DNA of 64,000 bases from an uncultured Kiritimatiellota bacterium (GTDB lineage: Bacteria > Verrucomicrobiota > Kiritimatiellia > RFP12 > UBA1067), in contig CAKUCX010000007.1 in the NCBI GenBank assembly GCA_934643865.1, positions 7,766 through 71,765 on the forward strand. The letters run 5' to 3'. A program made the translations under genes and the position numbers. Numbering within the stretch: the first letter of the stretch is position 1; every line of letters begins with the position of its first letter. Below are positions 46,301 to 54,061 of this stretch, in pieces. The notes under the pieces are model-generated. The model was not told the origin of the DNA, searched no databases, and saw nothing but the letters and a program-made list of their open reading frames with translations.

Positions 46301-47368
46301 CGTGTAGAGTGGATGCGCGCCCCGGAACGTGTCCCACAGCGAGAACTCCGAGTAGAAGCGCCCCCCGCCCGGCGCGCGGGCCACCTTCCCGTCGCCGCCG
46401 CGATACCGCCCGTCCACGTCCGCGATGTTGAACGGCGCGTGGAAGAGCCGGTAGAGGCTCGTCGCGAAGAGCGCGCGCACGTCCCCGTCCGTCGCGGGAT
46501 CGAGCGCGACGCGCGCGAGCTGCTCGCGCCACTTCGCCTCCGCCGCCGCGCGCACGGCGTCGAAGTCCCAGTCCGGCAGCTCCTGCCGCAGGTTGCGCCC
46601 CGCCCCCTCGCCGTCAACCGCCGAGAGCGCGCACTTGACGAGCAGCGGCGCGCCGTCCGAGAGGTCGAACGTGTAGACGAGGCGCGGCGCGCGGGCCGCG
46701 ACGCCCGTCTCCCGCACGACGGGCGGCAGCTCCTCACAGCGCGCCGGCCGCCGCGAGAAGCGGATGTCGAAGCCGATGTGGCGCCCCTTCACGAAGCCCG
46801 AGCGCAGCAGGTGGCCCGTGAGCCCGTCCGCCGGGCTGCGGTCGACGGCCAGCGGCGCGACCGTCTTCTTCGCCCAGGTGGCGTTGCCCATGCCGTAGTC
46901 GAGGTCGACGAGCAGCTTCGCCTCCTTCGCCGGGCCGTAGGCCATCCGGTAGAAGGCGCAGTGCTCGCTCGCCGTCACCTCGACGCGGATGCCGCCGTCG
47001 TCGAGCGTGACGGCATAGTAGCCCGGGCGCGCCGTCTCGGTCGCATGGCGGAAGGCGTTCGAGGCGACACCCGGCATGAGGCCGATGTCCCCGTAGTCGG
47101 GGCAGCCGCCGCCCGCGTTGTGCGTCTGGGAGAACATCGTGATGTGCGCGTCCTCGTAACTGTAGCCCGAGCAGTAGCGCCAGGAGCCCCAGCCCGTGTC
47201 GGGCCCCGCCTGGACGAGGCCGAACGGATAGGCCGCCGCCGGGAAGCAGTGCCCGTCGCCGCCCGTGCCGATGAACGGGTTCACCGCGCGCGCCAGCCCC
47301 GCCGTCGCCGGGAGGGCCAGAAGAAGCGCCGCCGCGCATGCCGGGAAGAGCCGTCTTGCCGTTTTCAT
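43346..47368 (-). CDS. Secreted GH92 alpha-mannosidase fused in frame to an uncharacterised C-terminal domain of about 606 aa (1340 aa in total)
   Basis: The ATG at 47368 is preceded by GGAGAAGGAGGAGAAGG. Signal peptide MKTARRLFPACAAALLLALPATAG. The GH92 N-terminal signature is VNPFIGTGGDGHCFPAAAYPFGLVQAGPDT...SQTHNAGGG. The GH92-typical end, HYRDIMAGGELVFEMSDRP, falls near 45167. The frame then continues without a stop to 43346 (LWDDNNQNRLYNWPL, VGVEVGNELLVDAFHYSEG, IPLWELVYHDCTVSYWYW). Confidence 0.8.
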   Translation of the reverse strand: MKTARRLFPACAAALLLALPATAGLARAVNPFIGTGGDGHCFPAAAYPFGLVQAGPDTGWGSWRYCSGYSYEDAHITMFSQTHNAGGGCPDYGDIGLMPGVASNAFRHATETARPGYYAVTLDDGGIRVEVTASEHCAFYRMAYGPAKEAKLLVDLDYGMGNATWAKKTVAPLAVDRSPADGLTGHLLRSGFVKGRHIGFDIRFSRRPARCEELPPVVRETGVAARAPRLVYTFDLSDGAPLLVKCALSAVDGEGAGRNLRQELPDWDFDAVRAAAEAKWREQLARVALDPATDGDVRALFATSLYRLFHAPFNIADVDGRYRGGDGKVARAPGGGRFYSEFSLWDTFRGAHPLYTILAPEYVADFVNSLVAHGEAAGFLPVLPKWGRDSQCMIATHAVAVIAEAYFKGFEGVDWARAWRIVRQTLRERHPARVKEDWDLLDRYGYYPCDKLKGEGVSRTLECSYDDWCAARMAAAMGHAEDAAFFAKRAENWRNVFDAKTGFMRGRKADGTWREPFDPYRCGHESSWEGDFTEGNAWQWRWHVLQDPEALVAALGGKARAAALLDELFALPSDLDAAHTSPDVTGLEGQYVQGNEPSHHIPYLYQYADRPDRTAERIRHLSRKFYRNAPDGLCGNEDHGEMSAWYVFACLGFYPVNPASGAFVLGAPQVPGATLRLPGGASFRVTARGLSEKNLYVRSVALNGRPVAGPTIHYRDIMAGGELVFEMSDRPARERPAGPPPETFGPVAWSADGGGVSATFGGATFRAASAAPTTVLARTEDRVELELTTADGPVRAVWARDAEGALTLALSAPADRRMTRPLDYPAGWETQAGDDLVLPFGEGVSYPVADPAVRFNGTRYNFANGMRAAMGFFGVGRGGVFAMTGVENGLDAALVCRTNAPYRAGVSWRPAAGRWGYDRRLRFFFGTSLGAVAAPYRAWRERQGRVRTLAEKAKANPRLRDFPGTADFWLWDDNNQNRLYNWPLVKESAPYDVPRLAAEMKALGLDRVLLNAFEGLSAADCAALAKLGYLSGTYDCLRDIFHPGLVSVANPSNFVRAARFLPFADRVARVNADGSFARAWSIPDKAGKMHPMHALCDLLAPEMCRTLIAPDVAARGYTSRLMDVQAAGGPVPCFSASHPCTAAQALEALRAEHRYLADDLGLVVGVEVGNELLVDAFHYSEGLTSCPHEFRKALCWRYKDRALYGDEIPEATRTLLHNPKYRIPLWELVYHDCTVSYWYWADSTLMYPQLAPLKDAFCRLWGLPPIYSMNVATWNRLKHEVAASYRRAVPSARATMFSRMTAFEYLTPDRLVQRTTFANGHVETVDFRALYDEVVVNWKK

Positions 47369-47430
47369 CGCCTTCTCCTCCTTCTCCTGAAGTTTTCCTG
47401 ATGCCCGTCGCGCGAAGCGCCTGCGCCCGC

Positions 47431-48678
47431 CTACCGCGCCTCCGCGCGCCGGACGATCCGCGCGGCGCATGCCAGCAGGGCCGCGCCCGCGCCATAGGCG
47501 AGCGCCAGCGTCGCGAGGCCCGCCGAAAGCGAGACGTGCGCCTTCGTCCAGCCGAGGACGACGGGCGAGAAGCAGCCGAAGAGGAACGCGAGCATCAGGT
47601 TGAAACCCGCCGCCGAGGCGTGGAAGCGCGGTTCGACGACGTCGAAAAACGCCGCGAAGTTGTTGGAGTCGTAGACGCCCCGGAAGACGCCGAAGAGGCC
47701 CATCGCGACGCAGCAGCCCGCGTACGTCGTCGCCTGCGACATGAGGACGATGAAGGGCGCGCCGAGGAGGAGCCCGCCGCCGGCGATCCCGAAGCGGACG
47801 GCCGGGAGGCGCCGGACGAGCCGGTCGCCGAGACGCGAGCCGGCCACGATGCCGAGGGCCGCGCCGAGATAGTGCCACAGGACGGCGTTGAGGCCCGCCG
47901 ACGCCTTGGTGACGCCGAACGTCTCGGCGAGGTAGTTCGGCATCCACGTCTTGAAGCCGACGTCCACGTAGACCTCCATGCCGAGCGCGAGCGCGATCAG
48001 CACGGCGGCGGGCTTCGCGAACATCGCCTTCAGCGCCGCACGAATCGTCACACGGTCAGCCGCGTGTACGGCCGACACAGGACACGCCGTGCCCGCGGCC
48101 GGGGCCGGGCGCGTGTTGCGCAGGGCAAGGGCGAGGACGCCCGCCCAGGCGAGCCCCAGGACGCCGAGTGCCTTGAACGGCAGCCGCCAGCCCTCCGCGC
48201 CGAGGCCGGCGAACCAGCCCGCGAGGGCACTGCAGCCGATGACGCCGCCGTACATGCCGAGCTGCAGGAGCGAGAGGGCCGTCGCCTTGGAGTCGGCGTG
48301 GAGCTGCGAGATGAGCGAGGTCGAGGCCGGATAGTAGAACGGCTGGCCGAAGCCGTTGACGAGGCCGTAGGTGACGACGAGCGCGCCGATCCCCGTCACG
48401 AAACCGGACGTGAGAATGCCCGCGCAGAAGATCGCGACGCCGGCGGCGACCATCCACTTGCGGCTGAAGAGGTCGGCCGCGAAGCCGGCGAAGGGGATCG
48501 TGAGCCCGTAGACGAGCGTGAAGACGCCGCTCACGAGCCCGAGCTGCACGTCCGTCGCGCCGAGGGAGGCCTGGATGGAGCCCAGGAGCGGGCCGTAGAC
48601 CTGCCGCGTCCCCTGCTGCAGGAAGAACGCGACCCACAGGAGCCCCAGGGCCGTCCACTTGTAGCCCGGCTTCGTCAT
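47431..48678 (-). CDS. MFS transporter (paralog of 71..1339)
   Basis: Starts at MTKPGYKWTALGLLWVAFFLQQGTRQVYGP. The ATG overlaps the SDR TGA (ATGA). Confidence 0.85.
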   Translation of the reverse strand: MTKPGYKWTALGLLWVAFFLQQGTRQVYGPLLGSIQASLGATDVQLGLVSGVFTLVYGLTIPFAGFAADLFSRKWMVAAGVAIFCAGILTSGFVTGIGALVVTYGLVNGFGQPFYYPASTSLISQLHADSKATALSLLQLGMYGGVIGCSALAGWFAGLGAEGWRLPFKALGVLGLAWAGVLALALRNTRPAPAAGTACPVSAVHAADRVTIRAALKAMFAKPAAVLIALALGMEVYVDVGFKTWMPNYLAETFGVTKASAGLNAVLWHYLGAALGIVAGSRLGDRLVRRLPAVRFGIAGGGLLLGAPFIVLMSQATTYAGCCVAMGLFGVFRGVYDSNNFAAFFDVVEPRFHASAAGFNLMLAFLFGCFSPVVLGWTKAHVSLSAGLATLALAYGAGAALLACAARIVRRAEAR

Positions 48679-49439
48679 GCGTCCAGTCCGTACTTCTCGC
48701 CCCTGTCCGAGAGAAGCCGCGCGCCGCCGTCCATCACGATGTCCGCGCCGGTGATCGAAGCGGCCGCCGGCGCGTCGAGGAAGAGGACCGCCCGCCCGAC
48801 CTCCTCCGGCTGCACCCAGCGGCGGAGGGGGATCTTGTAGTAGGTCGTCTCCTTCTCGTCGAGGCGGGCGGCCTTCGTGTCCGTCCACCCCGGCGAGATC
48901 GAGTTGCAGCGGATGCCGTGCTTCGCCATCTCCAGCGCGATGTGCTGCGCCATCTTGACGAGGCCCGTCTTCATCGAACCGTAGGCGGACGCGCGCGCGA
49001 AGCGGCAGTAGGCGTTGTTGGACGCGATGACGACGATGTTCCCCGCGCCGTCCTGCTCCTTCATGAGCTTCGCCGCCTCCTGGCAGCAGAAGTAGGGCGC
49101 ACGGAAGTCGACGGCGCAGTTCCGGTCGAAGTCCTCGGGCGTCGTCTCCAGGAACGGCGCGAGGAGCGTGATGCCCGCGTTGTTCACGAAGAGGTCGAGC
49201 CGCCCGAAGTCGCGCGCGAAGTCCGCGAAGAGCGCGCGGATCGCCGCGACGTCGGCGAGGTCGGCGCGGTAGACGCGCGCGGCGCCGCCCGCCGCGCGGA
49301 TCTCCGCCGCCGCCGCCTCGGCGCCGCCCGCCGAGCGGTTGCAGTGGAGGCCCACCGCGTAGCCGGCCTTCGCCAGCTCGCGGGCGATGGCCCTGCCGAT
49401 GCCCGTCCCGGCCCCTGTCACCAGCGCGGTCCTAGGCAT
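48675..49439 (-). CDS. Short-chain dehydrogenase/reductase (SDR)
   Basis: ALVTGAGTGIGRAIA (TGxxxGxG), NNAG, S...YxxxK (SAYGSMK). Confidence 0.9.
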   Translation of the reverse strand: MPRTALVTGAGTGIGRAIARELAKAGYAVGLHCNRSAGGAEAAAAEIRAAGGAARVYRADLADVAAIRALFADFARDFGRLDLFVNNAGITLLAPFLETTPEDFDRNCAVDFRAPYFCCQEAAKLMKEQDGAGNIVVIASNNAYCRFARASAYGSMKTGLVKMAQHIALEMAKHGIRCNSISPGWTDTKAARLDEKETTYYKIPLRRWVQPEEVGRAVLFLDAPAAASITGADIVMDGGARLLSDRGEKYGLDA

Positions 49440-50349
49440 GCCGGAACCTCGGCGCCGTCAGGGCGTAGTATTCCTCGAACAGCCGCTCGAACTCCGCGTC
49501 CGTCGAGAAGCCCGGCGCGCGGCAGACGTCCGTCGCGATGATGCCGCGCCGCATGAGGATCTTCTTCTCGAAGGCGATGATCTCCTCGACGTTCTGGCGG
49601 ATGTGGTTGAGGATGGGCAGGAGGGCGTTGTGCGCCGCGATCGCGCCCGCGCGGTCGCCCGCGAAATACCTGTCGTAGACGTCGAGGTAGAGGTCGTACA
49701 TCGAGCAGCCCGGCATCGCGCCGACCGCCCCGCGGTCGAACGTCTCGATCATCTGGTAGCCCGCGTTTCCGGCGAAGACGCGGATCCTGTCGCCGAGGCG
49801 TCCGACGAGGTTCGAGATGTACGTGCCCGCCGGCTTGCACTCGATCTTGTAGTAGACGACGTTCGGCGCCTCTTCCGACAGGCGCGCAAAGACGTCCGGC
49901 GCGATCGCGACGCCCGTCTGCTCCGGCGCGTACTGCATCATGACGGGCAGGCCCGGCACGGCCCGCGCGACGGCGCGCGCATGCGCGAAGATGAGGTCGG
50001 CGCCCGGCTTCAGGAAGAACGGCGGCAGCACCATCAGGCAGTCGGCGCCGGCCCGCTCGGCCTCCTGCGCGAACGCGACGGCACCCGCCGTCGCGTGGCG
50101 CGTGTCGGAGACGATGACGGGCACGTTGTGCCGGTGCGCCTCGTCGATCGCCACGCGCATCATCTCGCGCTGCTCGGCCTCGTCGAGCTTGTAGTACTCG
50201 CCCGCGATGCCGAAGAGCGTGAGCGCGTGGCAGCCGCCCTTCGCGAGCGTGGCGACGAGGTTGCGCAGCGAGTCGTAGTCCACCGACTCGTCCGTTGCGA
50301 ACGGCGCGGCGACGATGGGGCAGATTCCCTTGATGAGGTCGAGATTCAT
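49432..50349 (-). CDS. DapA/NAL-family class I aldolase or dehydratase (2-keto-3-deoxy sugar acid enzyme-like)
   Basis: 305 aa; PIVAAPF...GCHALTLFGIAGEYYKL...VYYKIEC (Schiff-base Lys context) is typical of the DHDPS-like family. Confidence 0.8.
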   Translation of the reverse strand: MNLDLIKGICPIVAAPFATDESVDYDSLRNLVATLAKGGCHALTLFGIAGEYYKLDEAEQREMMRVAIDEAHRHNVPVIVSDTRHATAGAVAFAQEAERAGADCLMVLPPFFLKPGADLIFAHARAVARAVPGLPVMMQYAPEQTGVAIAPDVFARLSEEAPNVVYYKIECKPAGTYISNLVGRLGDRIRVFAGNAGYQMIETFDRGAVGAMPGCSMYDLYLDVYDRYFAGDRAGAIAAHNALLPILNHIRQNVEEIIAFEKKILMRRGIIATDVCRAPGFSTDAEFERLFEEYYALTAPRFRHA

Positions 50350-50375
50350 GGGTGGGCTGGGTGGTGGGGTTGGGG

Positions 50376-52058
50376 TTAGAGGTAGGAGAGGTCGCAGCCT
50401 TCGTCGGCCTGCAGGACGTTGTCGATGAAGTTACGGACGAAGCCGCGCGCGATGTCGGGATGCCCCTTGGGCCGCGCGTCCTTGAGGCGCGCGGCGATCT
50501 CCGCGTCTGGGACGTCGAGGCGGATGAGGTTCCGCTCCACGTCGAGCGTGATCGTGTCGCCGTCGCGCACGGCCGCGAGCGGCCCGCCCGCCGCGCTCTC
50601 GGGCGCGACGTGCAGGACGACCGTGCCGAACGCGCCGCCCGACATGCGCGCGTCGGTGATGCGCACGTAGTCGTGGATGCCGCGCCGCGAGAGCTTCGGC
50701 GGGATCGGCAGGTAGTTGCCGAACTCGGGCATCCCGGGCGCGCCCTTCGGGCCGTAGCCCCGGAGGACGACCACCTTGTTCTCGTCCATGTCCGAGTTCT
50801 CGTCCAAGAGGTACTTCTCGGCGGCGGCGAGGTCGTCGAAGACGCGCGCCTCGCCCGTGTGCTTCAGGAGGTTCGGCGACGCGGCCGACCGCTTGATCAC
50901 CGCGCCGTTCGGCGCGAGGTTGCCCTTCAGGACGGCGATGCCGCCCGTGGGCCTAAGCGGGCTGCCGAGCGGGCGGATCGTCTCGCGGTCGTAGGCGAAG
51001 TCGACGCCGGCGAGGTTCTCGGCGACCGTCTTGCCGCTCACCGTCGGGCAGTCGCCGTCCAGAAGGGGCAGCAGCTCCTTCATGAGCGCCGGCACGCCGC
51101 CCGCGTTGCGGAACTCCACGCCGACCGTACCCGTGCCGTGCGGCTTCACGTTCACGAGCAGCGGCGTCGTGCGGCTGATCGCGTCAAACTCCATGAGGTC
51201 GAGCGGGATGCCCGCGCGGCGGCAGATCGCCTTGAGGTGGATGAGGAGGTTCGTCGAGCCGCCCGCCGCCATCAGGACCCGGATCGCGTTCGTGACGGAA
51301 CGCTTCGTGATGATGTCCGAGGGCTTCACGTTCTCCTCGACGAGCTTCACGATGCGGCGGCCCGTCATTTCCGAGAGGCGCAGCTTCTCCGAGGAGACGG
51401 CGAGCGACGAGGCCGCGTAGGGGAGCGCGAGGCCGAGTGCCTCGACGACCGTCTGGCACGTGTTCGCCGTCCCCATGATCGGGCAGGCGCCGACCGAGCC
51501 GTAGAGGCAGCCCTCGCGCTTCGAGACGTCGTCGAGGGACATCTCGCCCGACGTGTACTTCTCCCAGAGCCTGAAGCTGTCCGTCCCGCACGCGAGCGCC
51601 TCGCCCCGGAAGCTGCCGGGGAGCATCGGCCCGCCGGGGAGGTAGATCGCCGGCTTGTTCGCCGAGACGGCCGCCATCACCTGCGCGGGCACGTTCTTGT
51701 CGCACGCGCCCATGAGGACGACGCCGTCGAACGGCTGGCGGGCGATGAGCTCCTCCGTCGTCATCGAGAGGAGGTTGCGGTAGACCATCGAGGAGATGTC
51801 GAAGAACACCTCGCAGATGGACATCGTGTTCATCTCAAGCGGGAAGCCGCCCGCCGCCCACACGCCGCGCTTGACCGCCTCGGCGAGCATGCGGAAGTGG
51901 TAGTGGCCGGGGTTCGTCTCGCTCCACGTGTTGACGATGCCGATGAGGGGCTTTTCGATGTCCGCGTCGGTATAGCCCATCGTCTTCAGGAGCGCGTTGC
52001 GCAGGAGGCCCTGCCGCGTCCCGCGCCGTTTCCATTTCTGAAAGCCGTTGTTGTCCAT
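50376..52058 (-). CDS. IlvD/Edd-family dehydratase, divergent (probable sugar-acid dehydratase rather than biosynthetic IlvD)
   Basis: IGIVNTWSETNPGHYHF, ACDKNVP, GPMLPG and GACPIMGTANT are IlvD/Edd motifs. The usual DGIAMG segment reads SICEVFFDISS. It is operonic with DapA-like, SDR and MFS genes. Confidence 0.8.
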   Translation of the reverse strand: MDNNGFQKWKRRGTRQGLLRNALLKTMGYTDADIEKPLIGIVNTWSETNPGHYHFRMLAEAVKRGVWAAGGFPLEMNTMSICEVFFDISSMVYRNLLSMTTEELIARQPFDGVVLMGACDKNVPAQVMAAVSANKPAIYLPGGPMLPGSFRGEALACGTDSFRLWEKYTSGEMSLDDVSKREGCLYGSVGACPIMGTANTCQTVVEALGLALPYAASSLAVSSEKLRLSEMTGRRIVKLVEENVKPSDIITKRSVTNAIRVLMAAGGSTNLLIHLKAICRRAGIPLDLMEFDAISRTTPLLVNVKPHGTGTVGVEFRNAGGVPALMKELLPLLDGDCPTVSGKTVAENLAGVDFAYDRETIRPLGSPLRPTGGIAVLKGNLAPNGAVIKRSAASPNLLKHTGEARVFDDLAAAEKYLLDENSDMDENKVVVLRGYGPKGAPGMPEFGNYLPIPPKLSRRGIHDYVRITDARMSGGAFGTVVLHVAPESAAGGPLAAVRDGDTITLDVERNLIRLDVPDAEIAARLKDARPKGHPDIARGFVRNFIDNVLQADEGCDLSYL

Positions 52059-52078
52059 GCCTGTCCCTTCGCCCAGGG

Positions 52079-52087
52079 ATTATAGCA
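52079..52087 (-). promoter_or_regulatory. Extended -10 element TGCTATAAT upstream of the dehydratase operon
   Basis: The minus strand reads gaaaaTGCTATAATccctgggcgaagggacaggcATGGAC. Confidence 0.45.
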
Positions 52088-52236
52088 TTTTCCCCGCGGC
52101 GTGGCATCTGGTTTCGGGTGGCGTCGGGCGGCGCGGCGGGGAGGCCGGATTAACGAAATCCTAACACGCCTTTCACGCGATTCTGACATCCGTTTGCGAG
52201 ACTGTGGGCGACCGAAAGGAAAGGAAGGAGCAGGGA

Positions 52237-52344
52237 CATGGACATGAGCATGGAAAAAGAACTGAGAACGCGCATCGAGATCCTCGCCGCGCTTGCGGCG
52301 GTGGCGGCGCTTTACCTGATCAACCACCTTGTGGGCAACCTGTA
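52237..52344 (+). CDS. Candidate 35-aa single-TM small protein upstream of the Na/Pi cotransporter
   Basis: My own translation gives MDMSMEKELRTRIEILAALAAVAALYLINHLVGNL. It is preceded by GAAAGGAAAGGAAGGAG and its stop lies 10 nt before the next ATG. It is not in the ORF track (under 60 aa). Confidence 0.4.
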
Positions 52345-52354
52345 GGACGGCGCG

Positions 52355-54037
52355 ATGAATGCCTCCGTCCAGCTGGCCGCCACCGTCCTCGGCGGTCTCG
52401 CCCTCTTCGTCTACGGCATGGGCCTCATGAGCGACGGCCTCAAGGAGGCCGCCGGCGAACGGCTGAAGGCCGTGCTCGGCTACATGACGCGCAACCGCCT
52501 CTTCGCCATCCTCGCCGGCGCGGGCGTGACGGCCCTCATCCAGAGTTCGTCGGCGACGAGCGTCATGACGGTCGGCTTCGTGAACGCCGGCCTCATCTCC
52601 CTCCAGCAGGCCATCGGCGTCATCTTCGGCGCGAACGTCGGCACGACGATCACGGGCCAGATCGTCTCGCTCAAGCTCGACGACCTCGCCCTTCCCGCCG
52701 TCACGCTCGGCGTCGTCGGCCTCATGGTCTCCCGGCGCGCCGCCATGCGCGGCGTCTGGCGCACGGTTCTCGGCTTCGGCCTCCTCTTCTTCGGCATGGC
52801 GATGATGACGAACGAGTTGAAGGTCCTCGCGAAGGCGCCCGGCTTCGTCGCGTTCTTCTCGCGCTTCGACTGCACGCCGGGCGCGGGCGGCGTCCTGCCG
52901 CCGCTCGCCGTCCTCGGCGCGGTCGCCGTCGGCACGCTCTGCACGATGCTCGTGCAGAGCTCGTCCGCCACGATCGGCATCACCATCGCGCTCGCCGAGA
53001 CGGGCGTCATCTCGCTCTGGACGGCCGTGCCGATCGTCCTCGGCGACAACATCGGCACGACCGCGACGGCCGCGCTCGCGGCGATCGGCGGCAACGCGAA
53101 CGCGCGGCGGACGGCCCTCGCGCACGCGCTCTTCAACATCTTCGGCACGATCCTCGTCCTCCTCAGCTTCGGCGTCGTCGTCACGAACGCCCACCGCGTC
53201 GCCGCGCCGGTCTTCTTCCACCTCGTCGACCTCTGCACGGCCGGCGACGGCTTCGCGGGCGAGACGCCCGGCCGCCACGTCGCGATGGCGCACACGCTCT
53301 TCAACGTCGCGAACGTCATCGTCCAGGCCCCCTTCATCCCCCTCCTCGCGAAGCTCTGCACGCGCCTCGTCGCCGACGACCGGACGGCGCGCGTCCAGGC
53401 CCTCGAACCGCACCTCCTCGCCGCGCCCGCCCTCGCGCTCCACGCCGCCCGCCTCGCGCTCGGCGACATGACGCGGCGCGCGTGGACAATCGCCTCCGTC
53501 GCGCTCAACAGCTGCCTCGGGCGGGCGGACGTTGACGAGGCGTCCGTGCAGAACGCCGAACGGGGCATCGACGAGATGCAGGCCGACATCCGCAACTACC
53601 TCGTCGCGATCTCGCAGCGCCGCCTCACGGAGCGACAGGCGCAGACGCTGCCCGAGCTCGTCCACTGCGTAAACGACGCCGAGCGCATCTCGGACATCGC
53701 CGTCAAGATCTACCGCAAGACGGCCCGCGTCCAGCGGCAGGGGCTCTCCGACGATCTCCTCGCGGAGACGGCGGACATCATCGGCCGCCTGCGGACCTTC
53801 GCGCGCGCGACCACGCACGCCCTGCGCACGGGCGGCGCGCCCGCCGAGGCGCCGGCCGCCGCCGAGGACGCCATCACGCAGGCCGCGCGCGCGCTGTCGC
53901 GCCGGTACTCGAAGACGCTTTCGCGCGCGGCGGACGACCGTCCGCACGACACCGCCTTCCTGACGGTCCTCGCCGGCATCCGCGACGTCAACCGCCACCT
54001 CGGCAACATCGCCGAGCGCATCCCCTCGCTCGGATGA
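52355..54037 (+). CDS. Na/Pi cotransporter family protein with a PhoU-like C-terminal domain
   Basis: LGGLALFVYGMGLMSDGLKEAAGERLK...IQSSSATSVMTVGFVNAG...GANVGTT, with the motif repeated in the second half (VQSSSATIGITIALA...GDNIGTT). Confidence 0.9.
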   Translation: MNASVQLAATVLGGLALFVYGMGLMSDGLKEAAGERLKAVLGYMTRNRLFAILAGAGVTALIQSSSATSVMTVGFVNAGLISLQQAIGVIFGANVGTTITGQIVSLKLDDLALPAVTLGVVGLMVSRRAAMRGVWRTVLGFGLLFFGMAMMTNELKVLAKAPGFVAFFSRFDCTPGAGGVLPPLAVLGAVAVGTLCTMLVQSSSATIGITIALAETGVISLWTAVPIVLGDNIGTTATAALAAIGGNANARRTALAHALFNIFGTILVLLSFGVVVTNAHRVAAPVFFHLVDLCTAGDGFAGETPGRHVAMAHTLFNVANVIVQAPFIPLLAKLCTRLVADDRTARVQALEPHLLAAPALALHAARLALGDMTRRAWTIASVALNSCLGRADVDEASVQNAERGIDEMQADIRNYLVAISQRRLTERQAQTLPELVHCVNDAERISDIAVKIYRKTARVQRQGLSDDLLAETADIIGRLRTFARATTHALRTGGAPAEAPAAAEDAITQAARALSRRYSKTLSRAADDRPHDTAFLTVLAGIRDVNRHLGNIAERIPSLG

Positions 54038-54061
54038 CGACAGCCGGCGGCCGGGCGCGCG

